Positions 1 through 12,099 of a stretch of 64,000 nucleotides of DNA are shown piece after piece (the stretch's first letter is position 1; every line of letters starts with the position of its first letter). The translations under genes were made by a program, and so were the position numbers. This DNA is from Heptranchias perlo (Eukaryota). The notes beneath the pieces are model-generated. The model had not been told where the DNA came from. It searched no databases and saw only the letters and a program-made list of their open reading frames with translations. The stretch covers positions 12,152,001-12,216,000 of the forward strand of contig NC_090354.1 of the NCBI RefSeq assembly GCF_035084215.1, written 5' to 3'.

Positions 1-385
1 TGAACACTGTGCAATCATCAGCAAACATCCTCACTTCCGACCTCATGATGGAGGGAAGGTCATTGATGAAGCAGCTGAAGATGGTTGGGCCTAGGACACT
101 GACCTGAGGAACTCCTGCAGCGATGTCCTGGGGCTGAGATGATTGGCCTCCAACAACCACTACCATCTTCCTTTGTGCTAGGTATGACTTCAGCCACTGG
201 AGAGTTTTCCCCCTGATTCCCATTGACTTCAATTTTACTAGGGCTCCTTGATGCCACACTCAGTCAAATGCTGCCTTGATGTCAAGGGCAGTCACTCTCA
301 CCTCACCTCTGGAATTCAGCTTTTTTGTCCATGTTTGGACCAAGGCTATAATGAGGTCTGGTTCCTGGTGGAACCCAAACTGAGA
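1..385 (-). mobile_element. Non-LTR retrotransposon (CR1/L2-clade) reverse transcriptase fragment
   Basis: The minus strand reads degenerate RT motifs (ALDIKAAFD..WH; QGSVLGP; MFADD-like at the window start). Appears to be the same family as 28630-30310. Confidence 0.7.
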
Positions 386-1559
386 TAACTACACCCAGAT
401 AATTGTGGATGATAAGGAATATGGAATTTCTGCGTGATCCCCAATCCATCAACCCAATCTTGCATATTATAACCATCATGGACCTGATCTTGTATGCACC
501 TGTGATGCGACAACATATTTGCAGCTTGGAAAATGACATGTGCCGTGCCAATCTACACCGGCCCCTAGCTGACAAAACCCAAGCTGTGGTCTGAACAATG
601 GAACATGTCTAGTGCCAACCCCACTGACCTATTTTGATGTCAGAAATATAATGCGTCCAATCCCTGTTCCTGTTACATAATAGCTATGCAGTAACCAAAG
701 GCGTCACGGCCCCTGAGGCATACAAGGATCAAGGGACATCCATTGAATACGAACGCCTCATGTTCCAAATCTCTATGTCAGGTTGGACAAGATACCTCAA
801 GTAATCGTAGAGCGAAAGAATGACCATTTGGTACAGATCATAAAGAATATGGATAAGACTGGGCAGGATTTAAATGAGCTATTGTCCGAAGGGGACGAAA
901 AACTATTCTACAACTCTAGTTGGTTTGACAGTGCTTGGTTCAAATGCCTTGTAAAAAGTTTGGTTGACTTATTACGATTTAATATTTGCTAAGTACAATT
1001 GCTATTTTGCACTTTGTAATTAGGACAATATTAAAAAATGTAGGAGAGTTAAATTACATGCGATTAATGGTTAGGAGTATTGATATTAGTACAATTAATG
1101 CGTGTTATATTAAAACTATGTTTAAACGTGTTATACAACAAAAACAAATGGTTCAAGTTGTAACTCACGTCGTTCTTGCTCAGCAGCAAAATTTCAAACG
1201 TTCTGCCAATTCATAGCAACGAGGGCAGCAAATGGGGACTGTAAACCAGTGAGATTCTGTTAAGGTGGCCAGTATGTTGTTGTACCGCTGTATATTTTGC
1301 AATTATGGGAAATTGCTGAGTCCTTGTGCCAGTGAAGTCATTGCTGTTATCGAGTGGGCGTGTTCGCTTTGTTATCGTGGCAGTGTCTGTGTGCGTGGGT
1401 CTGATAATAACCTAATGTCCTCATTCATGCCCGTTTCAGTTGTGCAGAAAGGGAATGTGTACGCAGCTAGTCTTTGTACGCAAGGTAGGACAAGGCAATG
1501 ATATTTCTGTGTGACAGCCAGGTGGCTTTGTGATTCAGATTGAAGCAAGGCTAGTTAGG

Positions 1560-2720
1560 TATAAATCTAGGTAGAGAAGCCAAGGTACACCACATCATAA
1601 GGATTATCACAGTCCACTTGGGTTGTTACTTACTCAAAGAAGTCGAGGAGTATAGTCAGGCAGGATCTTCCGCATCTGAATTCATGCTGATTGCTGTTAA
1701 CGAGGTTAATGTTATATGGATGATCCTATGACTTACTCCTGATAATCAACTACATTATTTTACATGGAATGGGTCTATAGTTCCCTGTGTCTGTTTTGTT
1801 ACCTTCTTTGAATAACACCACATTAACCTGTTTCCAGTCTACTGCTATCTTCCCAGTGTCCGTTATCTCCCTCATAATGATGGATAGTGCCTCACAAATC
1901 TCCCTGGTCTCTATTATCACTCTGGGATAAGTAATTATGTATCCCTGGGAATTTATTTGTTCTGAACCCAATTTAGCTTGTCAAATCTTCCATCTCATAT
2001 ATGGTGAAATAATTGATTATACTTGAGATATCTTTGAAGAGGTCAATACTTGTAGTCATTAAGAATATTTACCCTTTTCCGCTCATCCTCACTTTAAACT
2101 CATTTGCATCGGTTGTAATTTTCACATCTTCTCTGGCTGCCCTCTTACTGTTGTGGGACTGAGCTTTTTTACTGTTAAGCTTAGCCTCAGTTGCTGTGCC
2201 TTTTTCCAGGTTTCTCTTTGCCTCTTTGCACACCCTTTTAAAATGTTTCTGCATTTTCTTATAATCATCCAATTAGCCCTTTCCCTTTCTCTCTGCATGA
2301 TTTACACTGGTTATTTTTCATTTTTATCTCACTTCTAATTTGTTAATCCATTTAGGGTGATGTTTACTTCACTGGAGCTTGTTGGCCTTGAGAATATATT
2401 TATCTGGTATCTTCAGCATTTTACCTTTAAAGGTATTCCACTTGTCTTCTGCTTAAGTGTTGTTGAACAACCTCCCCCAATCTATTTTTTCCCGTTGTTT
2501 CTTTATTTCATTGAATTTAGCCCTTTTAAAGTTATTTGCCTGGCTTCTGATCTTAGGTATTTCTGACTCGCAGAACAGGTTAAATTTTATTATTCTGTCA
2601 TCACTGTCCCCCTGGGTGCTACGACTTCCATTTTTTGTACATTTTCTGGGTCATTCATGAATACCAAATCAAAATGAGCATTTCCTTTTCTGTCATCCTT
2701 GATACATTGGGTTGTCTCCT
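1560..2720 (-). mobile_element. Degraded CR1 LINE ORF2 fragment
   Basis: Minus-strand ORFs 1750..1971 (DWKQVNVVLFKEGNKTDTGNYRPI) and 2069..2272 match CR1 pre-RT motifs (WK.ANV.P.FKKG....GNYRP). Confidence 0.75.
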
Positions 2721-2784
2721 ACATCGACCGACTCTGACTCTAAACCACTTGAGCTTTCCTAGTTTATTAGGTTGATTGAAGTGT

Positions 2785-3212
2785 TAGCCTTGGCTCAGTG
2801 GTAGCACTTTTGCCTCTGAGTCAGAAGGTTTTGTGGTTCAGGTCCCACTCCAAAGACTTGAGCAGGTAATCTAGGCTGATACTCCAGTACTGGGAGTACT
2901 GCACTGTCTGAGGTGCTGTCCTTTGGATGAGCCCTCTCAGGTGGATGGAAAATATCCCACAGCACTATTTCGAAGAAGTGTGGAAGACCTGATGTCCTGG
3001 CTAATATTTATCCCTCAACCATCATCACTGAAACAGACTATTTGGTCACTATCTCATTGCTGTTTGTGGGACCTTGCTGTGCACAAATTGGCTGCCATGT
3101 TTCCAACATTACAACAGTGACTACTCTTCAAATGTACTTAATTCGCGGTAAAGCGCTTTGGGGCGCCCTGAGGTCGCGAAAGGCGCTATATAAATGCAAG
3201 TCTTTCTTCTTT
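2785..3212 (+). mobile_element. tRNA-derived Deu-domain SINE (SacSINE1-like)
   Basis: Box-A-like TGGCTCAGTGG head, Deu-like core AAATTGGCTGCC..ACATTACAACAGTGACT, 3' end GGCGCTATATAAATGCAAGTCTTTC. Related copies lie at about 11817, 17018, 47765 and 51690. Confidence 0.8.
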
Positions 3213-3419
3213 CTTTTACTTTAAAACAACTTCCCTCTTTTCACGCAACATGTGCATGGATGTCACATTATCATTGCACCCAATTGTTGGTTTAAAAAAT
3301 TGGTACATTTATGGGGAGTTCTCAAATTCCCAAACAAATTTCATAGTAGAAATCCTTAAAAACTGTTCTAAATGATCCCTCATTTCCGTTCCTATTTAAA
3401 ACAACCAAGAAGTTCCATT

Positions 3420-3703
3420 GACATCAATAATGCAAAGTTCAATTGAAGTCTATTGGGAAAGGGTTATTCTGCAGTTTTGTATACAGACTGAAAATCAAAT
3501 TGAGGAGTTGCGTTAACAGTTAATATCTTAGAATACAAAGAACGCGCTGGGAACTGAGCGTACGAGCGTCAAAGTCTTTGGAATCAATCAGCGGAAATGA
3601 TTTGGTTCAGATATAAAACATCTGCGTTTTAGTTACTCAAAGCTGAAACATAAAGTTAATTATAGGACGGCTGCTTCACACTTTTCCAGTTCTTCCGTTC
3701 ATC
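3420..3703 (+). promoter_or_regulatory. Putative AOC proximal promoter
   Basis: TATAAAA at 3612-3618, about 90 nt before the ATG. DR1/HNF4-like AATGCAAAGTTCA near 3429, HNF1-like GTTAACAGTTAAT near 3512, ONECUT-like ATCAAT near 3423 and 3583. Confidence 0.5.
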
Positions 3704-5273
3704 ATGAATTTGAAGGTTTTGTTCCTTCTGTTGGCTGTAGCATTGGTAGCGATTATAGCCCTGAACTGGGTACTACTGGCCGGGATATCGAGATCGGCAG
3801 GCTGTGAGAACCGCGGCTTACATAACGGGATGGAAGATATGTATCGGCAGAGCGATCAGAGCGGGGTGTTTGCAGATCTCAACTCTGGGGAACTGATGGA
3901 CGTTGCGCAGTACCTGAAACAGAAACTTGGGGTGAACCTAGTGAACTGCAGTAAAGCACTTCCATCCGATAATTTCATTTACATGATCGAATTGCAAGTC
4001 CCTCGTAAAAAGGATACCTTGATGTTTTTAGACCAGGATGCAGATCAACCATTGAGGGAAGCCAGAGCTGTGGTGATATTTGGGGCTCAAACTGACCCCA
4101 ATATAACTGAATACATCGTGGGACCTCTTCCTAGTCCAACCTACCATAAGGACATCACTTCTCAGAAATACCAGAACCTCAACTTTAACTCCAGACCATT
4201 AACAAACTTTGAATATGGTCAGATCATTTCAAGAATGGGATTGGACAAAGCATCTAGACTTCTTAATGAAAGTTTTGGCTCTGATGGGGGAAAGCTGACT
4301 TACCTGGATTCATCGCCTCGCGGCTTCAAATCAGGCGACAGAGAAACCTGGTTTCCCTTTGTTAGAACAATCAGTGGTTTATTTCTGCATCCTTTGGGGT
4401 TTGAAATACTGATAGATCACAGCAGCACAAATGTCTCAGAGTGGAGTGTGAAGAAAGTCCTTTACAATGGTCAGTACTTTGATAGTATTGATGAGCTGGT
4501 GGATCAGTATGATAGAGGGTTTGTGAAGAAGATAATACTGCATCGAAAGGAATCTGATCCCAACTATGCATCGCTGAAACCTCGTGAGAAGTCTAAAATA
4601 TTCGTCCCTTTGCAACATGAGCCACAAGGCAAAAGATACTTTATTCTATACAATCGTGTTGAGTATTTTGGTTGGAGTTTTGCATTTCGACATAGTGCTA
4701 TAAATGGTTTGCAATTGTTTGATATCAGATTCCAGAAGGAAAGGATCGTCTATGAATTAAGTATACAGGAGCTAAATTCTGTTTACGGAGGGAATACACC
4801 AGCTTTAATGAGGACGAAGTTTTTAGACAGCCATTATGGAATTGGAAAAAGTTCTAATGAGCTTGTGAGAGGTGTGGACTGTCCCTATACTGCAAGATTC
4901 GTGGACACCCTTCATTTAATTGACAGTGAAGAGCCCCGGCGGATAAGAAATTCCATTTGTATTTTTGAACAAAATCGAGAAATTCCCCTGAGACGTCACT
5001 ATTCAAGTTGGTATACTCTCCCCTCTTATGGAGGTTTAACCGACAGCGTGCTGGTCATAAGATCAATATCAAGCCTGGGGAACTATGATTATGTTTTTGA
5101 TTTCATATTCCATCACAATGGGGTGATTGAGACCAAGGTGCATCCAACAGGATATGCACTAACTTCGCTTTTTTCAGAGGAAGCACTAAAATATGGAACA
5201 AAGCTTGAAGAATTTATTTTGGGAAATATTCACACTCATTTCTTTCACTTTAAAGCTGATTTGGATGTGGCAG
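3704..5273 (+). CDS. AOC3: Copper amine oxidase (AOC3/AOC2-like, VAP-1/SSAO family), exon 1 of 4
   Basis: N-terminal hydrophobic anchor MNLKVLFLLLAVALVAIIALNWVLL; catalytic Asp in FLDSHYG (D375); TPQ motif NYDY (5081-5092, Y461); Cu ligands HTH. Donor G|GTAGG at 5274, phase 1. AOC3 versus AOC2 orthology is not resolved. Confidence 0.95.
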
Positions 5274-7089
5274 GTAGGTTGCAAACTAATTTCAAAAGTT
5301 TATGTCCATTTTAACTTTTTAGATCACTCAGCAAGGTATGATCATGTTTTTTCTTAATAATATGCTAGTGCCATTCTATTGATGATTAAAACCCCAGAGC
5401 CTGGATTTTTCTCCACTAACTGCTTGTTCCTTGGGTGGTTTTCAGGCAGAAAGGGGAAATGAGCTGGGGATCCATCACGCCAAATCCTCACCCTCTTTAG
5501 CAGCCACCCAATTTTCATTGATCATTTCTGACAGATATCAGAAGCGTTTGGACAGGTATATTCAAATGAGGCAGTAAGAATATTGGGATATCAGACGTCC
5601 CATTCTCCAACCTGAACCAACTCAGTTGCAGCCAGACGCCGTGTTGCCCATTCAAAACCGGTGTCCAGGCGGAAAAGGTGGAAGTGGATTATAAGGACCT
5701 AGGAGCCAAATGGCAAGGTTCTAACCTTATTTCTTTTCTGATTTGTGTGATTTTTTTTTGTTGTTGAAACAAAGTTGGATGGTTTAACAGTTGTCTGCCA
5801 TTTGCACCTCCCTCCAAAGAGAGGAAAATAGGCTTCCCAATGGAAATACCTTAGTATATTTTTTCTTTGGAGGAAGAGGAACAACAGAATCAGAGCTAGC
5901 TGCCAGTACTCCCACATTTGAACATATTAGGGTTGCCAACTTTGGTTGGGGGTGTTCCTGGAGGTTTGATCACATGATGTCCGCAAATGTTATCGCGGGC
6001 AGGGAAGATGGGAAACCGAGGGTAGGAAAGAGTGGAATCCAAAGATGGGAGAGGGATTTGAAGGGGGAGGTGGGGTGGGTGGGAACCAGAGGTGGGAGGA
6101 ACTTTGATTCCACCAGTAATTAATATTAACTCAATGAAATTGTACCAATAACTAATAGTAACACTGATAATACTCAAATGTCTCTCATAACCAACAATAA
6201 TACAATAACTCACTGATAATCCATATGTAACTGGTAATATATATGTAACTCAGTCAAAGCTGATCTGTACCTGGACTTCACAAGTCAAAACCTGCTGGCA
6301 CAGACCGACCTGAACCAACCGAGAGATTGCATAGATGGCAGCGGGCTCGGTGTTTGGGGCACTTCTCACAGGGCACATCGTCCTAAACTCAGCTCGGCAC
6401 CAACATTTCTAAATCACTCCCTAGGCCTGGAGTCAATAAAGGAGAGTTTTCATAAAATGATAGAAATTACAGCATAGGAGGAGGCCGTTCGGCCCCCAGT
6501 GCCTGTGCCAGCACTGCCAGTCCTGTAACCCCATTCCATCAGATCCTTTTACATTCCTCCTTTCAAATACTTTTCCCAATCCCTTTCAAATGATGTTCTG
6601 CCTCAATAGCCAATTGTGGTGAAGCACCCCATGATTTACTAGGCCTCAGTTCAAAAACCTTCCTTCTCCCTTCCTCCCCTTTGCTCTTCCAGTGAGAATC
6701 CTCGGTCTCCGTCCCCTTGTTCCCATTCACCCACCGTTTACTGTTTACCCACAGTAAAGTCCCCTCATTTCACTCACCCCTTTATTGGCTGTTCCTCTCT
6801 TAGCGTCACTTCCACTCACCACGTTGCTACTGCTGCTGCTCCCAGCTCTGCTTGAAATGCTGACGCTCACTCCATTCCCAGTCTCCCTCGCTCTCCCCTC
6901 ACTCGAGCCCCAATCTCCTGATGCATATTCCCCAGTTAGCCTCTCCCTCTGAATCCCTGTCACCTGACCCCCATTCCCCAGTCTTCCGCTTTCCCCTGCC
7001 TGAGCCCCTATCCCCCGCTCCCCATTCTCTTGTCTCCCTCTCTCCCCCAAGCCTCCATCCACTGACCCCCATTCCCCTGTCTCCCTCTC

Positions 7090-7840
7090 CATGAATCCCC
7101 ACTCCTTGACCCCTAGTCCCCATCCCCTGACCGTGTCCCCATGCTCTGACTCCTAGTCCCCATCCCCTGACCCCTAGTCTTCTAGTCTCACATCCTCTCG
7201 TTCGCTTGTCCCCCATTTCCTGGCCCCTAGTCTCCATGTTGCCCATTCCCTGACCCCTAGTCCCCATGTCCCCCATCCCCTAGTCCCCCATCCCCTGACC
7301 CGAGTCCCCTATTCCCCATCCCCTGATCTCAATTCCTCCATCTCCTGACCCCTACTCCTCATCCCCTGACCCCTAGGTCCCCATCTCCTGACCCCTTAGC
7401 TCCCCATCCCCGAGCCCCTAGCTCCCCATCCCCGACCCTCATTCGCTATCACCTGACCCCTAGTCCCTATCCCCGACTCCCAGTCCCCCCATCCCCTGAC
7501 TCCCAGTCCCCCATCCCCTGACTCCCATTCTCCCATCCCGAACCCCTAGTCCTCATCCGCTGACCCCCAGTCCTCATCTGCTGACCCCTAGTCCCCATCC
7601 CCTGACCTCTAGTCCCCATCCCCTGACCCCTAGTCCCCATCCCCTGACCCTGACCGCTACTCCCATTCCACTGACCCTTAGTCCACATCCTGTGACCCCT
7701 AGTCCCCATCCCATGACCCCTCACCCCATTCCCTGACCCCTAGTCCCATCCCCTGACCCCTAGTCCCATCCCCTGACCGCTAGCCCCATCCCCGACCCCC
7801 ACCCCCCATCCCCTGACCCTTGTCCCCCATCCCCTGACCA
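7090..7840. repeat. C-rich minisatellite, about 21-bp unit TCCCCATCCCCTGACCCCTAG
   Basis: Many imperfect tandem copies. Explains the low-complexity GMGTRGQ ORFs on the minus strand. Confidence 0.9.
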
Positions 7841-8435
7841 ACACTGAGCTGATTGTAAGTAAGTCCTCGGGTGGTTCGCCATGGAGCTTGGGGTGGGGCC
7901 ACTACTGTGGTGAGAAATTTAAAGGGCGAAGTTCTCCCTAAATTCCCCAGAAAAAGGAAATTGTCAATATCTTCTGCTTACTACATTATTTGGTATTCTG
8001 TACTTTAAAAGATAATTAAAATGTATGTAGGATTTTTAAATGAACAACATTTTGAAAAGCGAGAGACAAATAAGCAAAGTTTAAAAAGAAAAATAGGTTA
8101 AACTGACTCAACCATCCATTGTGATCAGAGTCACAGTGACACATACAAGTGTGAGGAACCAGTGTCAAAGGATGCTTTTGCACTGCAATTATTGATGTGA
8201 GACTAGAAACTGCAGTTCAGGTTATAGCCAGGCAGTTTATGTTGCTTGTACCTGGCTGAAACTTTATCTTGTTTAGAAGAAGGTTTTGCATGTGCCTGGA
8301 TATATCATGTGCAGAGCTCCTTCCCAACAGTTTGAAGTTTAAAAGTTTAGAGAACGGTGTGAGACGAATACCTGTGAGGAGTCTCATCCACTTTATTCTG
8401 GAGTCAGGTCAATCCCTCTTCCCAGATTTACACTC

Positions 8436-10109
8436 TGGGGGAAAAATTGGATAAGGGCCATTTTTGGGCACGAGTAGCGTGATGTTCTATTACCCCACGC
8501 CAAATGGCCCCTGCAGACAGGACGCAAGTTTTGGTCCACCCGAGGACATACCTGCAATCAGCGTTCCATTCCAGGCCTTGCACGTGGAATCAAAGCAATT
8601 CGCACTTTCCACCACCAGAGAGAACTCAATCTCTTAAAGGGAGAATTTTTCTTAGAAATCTCTTAAAGGTAGTTGGTACCTGTTATTTGCTGAAAATAAC
8701 AGTCTACTGTCTGCATGGAGTCGGAACGGAGATCAGACATCGCACACGTAAAACACAGATGCAGGTCCTATCCCTATGATTACACACTGGTGAGTTATGT
8801 TAAAACATTGAATAAAGGTTGCACACTACTAAATCCCACATCCTCCAATCTGCACGCCAGACCTCACCAATCTGCCGATCTGAGTTGGTATCAGGTCTGT
8901 GAGAGTGCGTGCACCAAGGTTCTCTGCTGATGCACTCGAGACCTTGGTACAAGAGGTGGACAGAAGGAGGGACATCCTATATCCGCGGGGGTGGGGAACA
9001 AGAGGCCCTCCAGACATATATCCAAAAGGCAGTGGGAGGCAGCAGGGGACAAAGTCAATGCCAGGCACACAGCATCATGAACATGGATGTAGTGCAGGAA
9101 GAAGTTCAATGCTTTGACACGAGTGGTCAAGTTGAGTGAGGTCAACTGTCAAGTGGCGTCTCCTACCAACTACACCACGCACTATCCCCCCCCACCCCCC
9201 CATCACCCACATACCAACCAACTCTTTCCATCAGTACTCAACTCTTACAACCAGATGCTTCCTCTCATCCTTACGTATTACCACTGTTTCAAGCCACCCA
9301 CCCACAATTCACAGGCCACACACACTAGCTATTCAACCATAACAGGCAGATTACCCAGACACACATCCCACTTTGTTGCAGGAGAGGCTGGCGCATATCA
9401 GGAGGCAGCAAGTGGCAGTGGCATTTAGCCCCTCGAGCCTGTTCCATCATTCAATGAGATGATGGTGGACCTGTGACCTAACTCCATATAACTGTCTTAG
9501 CCCCATATTCCTTAATACCCTTGGTTCACAGAAATCTATCAATCTCAGATTTAACATTCACAAGTGAGCATTAACTGCCTTCTGCAGAAGAACGTTCCAA
9601 ACGTCTCCCACTCTTTGCGAGTAGAAGCATTTCCTACCTTCACTCCTGCATGTCCTGGCTCTAAATGTTAGGCTATGTCCCCGCCTCCTAGTGTTCAAGT
9701 CCAGGAGACCTCCAAAAACAGTTACAAATATCTTGGCAGCCAGAAGCAATAATTCAGCCACTAACCTGTAAATCCTGCATGGTCCCTTTAAATAGCGCTG
9801 GTTGGGGTCTTCCAGGCACTCTATGACATGTTCAGATGGTCGGTACAGATGATAGAGTTGAGCGTTAAGTCCCAAAATGGTATCTATCACTTTAAATCAG
9901 GGTTGTGCACTGATTGAAGCCATTTTCTCCTTACTTTCCATGCTTCCAGAGTTCATTATCTGCGCCTGCGCTAACTCCTATACCAAGATGGCGTCCGGCT
10001 CACGTCACGCTGGAAACATGCGTGCGCATCCAAGACACCATCATGGATGTCAGAGAAGCTGTGTAACGCCGAAACAATGGGCGATACACGGTCCAATTTA
10101 GCGCCCCCT
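8436..10109 (+). mobile_element. Internally deleted PIF/Harbinger-type DNA transposon with a Myb/SANT-like ORF remnant; CR1 3' end nested at about 9405-9690
   Basis: Imperfect TIRs GGGGGAAAAATTGGA ... TCCAATTTAGCGCCCCC. ORF remnant RVRAPRFSADALETLVQEVDRRRDILY (8899-9117) resembles Harbinger Myb/SANT-like DNA-binding proteins. Confidence 0.6.
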
Positions 10110-11816
10110 AAGTTTAGCGTTGGTGAGAAGCAGAAATCATTTTGCACCAATGCTAACTTGTAGTGTAAATGCACCATAACACACCCATACCACAAGTCTG
10201 CCTGCTTGATTGTTGAATGAATACTGAATACCACAAGGCGGAGGCAATGTGGTAAGCGGCAAAGGACTATCATCAAAGATTAAGGATAGCGCTGGAGTAA
10301 TGAGAAATGAAAAGGGGAATAAGTGTAAATCCATTCATTTGAATAAACAATATTGGCAATGTACACCGATCCCTATTATGACTGTAGATATATAGCAAGG
10401 ATCACAAATGGTCACATGGGGAGTTGTGGAAAAGTCTACAGTTCACATACTGAGTACAAAATCACTGCATCGCTAGAGGTAAGGGACAAGATCAAGGAAG
10501 CTGCAGTTGGATAGATGCAGATCACAGTATTACTTAATCTGGCAAGAAGACAGAGATACAGATACCCTAAAGTCCACTCCTACCCACCCAGCCAATGGCA
10601 TCATCAGTTGAGCAACAACTATCCCAATCTGGTCTAGATTAACTTGCCACACACAATACTCCAGAAGTTGAGACCACCTCTGTAGGAATTGTCCTGGTAT
10701 AGTTGCGGATAAGCCTGTTTAGACTGGACCATCTGCCAGAGCTTGTGAATTTAGGTGCACCACAGTGGTAATTTTGCTTGACATGACATGAATGGGATAG
10801 TGTAAAATTGGAGGTTGATTAAGTGGTCTGTTGCAGGGCCAACCAGAATCTCATATGGGAGACTTAAGAGGCACTGGAAAGGATCTAGTTGAATGGAATT
10901 GCCAGTGATGGATTTGACCTATGTTGCTCAGTAAACTACATCCCATGGACAGTTCCAAAAATTGGGTGAGAGACTCCTCTAATACATATCAGAACCAAAG
11001 TACAGAATTAGTCATGTATTTTTTTAATCAAAAGTAAATATGACTTTGAACTTACCCTGCATGATGGAATCCAAGGTATGACATTCCTTTATCTGTTTTA
11101 ATGAAGCACCTCTGTTAAAATAGCAGAGAGGAATTTCATGTTAAGCATTGGTGTGCTACTGTTCCACAATGTAATTTCAAGGGCCTTATATTGAATGATA
11201 ATGTATTTGCCTTGATATTAAGATAGTGAGCTGTCATTTTGGGAGTTTTAAAATATTTTCTGCAATTAACACGGTGACATTTTGACTCGCCAGTGTAGCC
11301 TAGAAATTGCTGTAGCTAAGCAAAAGTTAACACTGTGTTCCAGATGGTTTTGAGAGTAGGCTTACTTGGCTGTTAACCCTTGATATTCCTAGCTATGAAG
11401 CTACTAAATTGGCTCTAAAGAGCTTTGGGTTGTGTAAGGCGCTATAAAAATGCAAGTCTTTCTTTCTTTTTATGTGTCATTCATGTGAGCTCTTGGCTCC
11501 ATACCACCCAGGCCAATGCAGTGGTCAAATGTGTTAAACAGCTGAACACCATCTAAATGATTACAGCAGTGATTGAAACTGCTTCATTTTTGGTTGGGAA
11601 AATAGGGCAGTGATTTGAGATGAGAAATTGGAGGAAAATGGATGCTTCTTCCCTACAAACTGTCCACTTTGACAATGCAGCCCTCTTACAGGAAGTGTGG
11701 GTAAGGAGGGTTGGAAGAGAGCCCTCCTCAAAAAATATTTGCTCAACAAGCCTGGCAGGCGATATTAGACAGGGACAATACTTTCTGCAGCACTCAGAGA
11801 CCTAGATACAGGCCAG

Positions 11817-12030
11817 AAAGAAAGAACTTGCATTTATATAGTGCCATTCATGACCTCAGGACTTCCCAAAGCATTTTACAGCGAATTAAGTACCTTTGAA
11901 GTGTAGTCACTGTTGTAATGTAGGAAACGCAGCACCCAATTTGCGTACAACAAGGTCCCACAAACAGCAATGTAATAATGACCAGATAATCTGATTTTTA
12001 GTGATGTTGGTTGAGGGATAAATATTGGTC
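11817..12030 (-). mobile_element. Deu-domain SINE, 3' part
   Basis: Reverse complement of the 3' half of 2785-3212 (AAAGAACTTGCATTTATATAGTGCC...GTCACTGTTGTAATGTAGGAAACG). Confidence 0.8.
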
Positions 12031-12099
12031 AGGGTACAGGTCAGAAAAATGGCAGATCTGAAGAAAGTTGTCAAGGTAAGGCTACAGAATAGTTTTCTA

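Noticed and set aside
5274-5314. ORF 3704..5314 as a complete 536-aa single-exon protein
   Set aside because: It reads through the exon 1 donor. The third Cu ligand and the C-terminus are in exons 2-4.
6745-7724. Gly/Arg-rich minus-strand ORFs
   Set aside because: Translations of the C-rich minisatellite and low-complexity DNA.
10270-10970. Possible further LTR-element pol relic
   Set aside because: Only vague similarity; no motif could be read with confidence.
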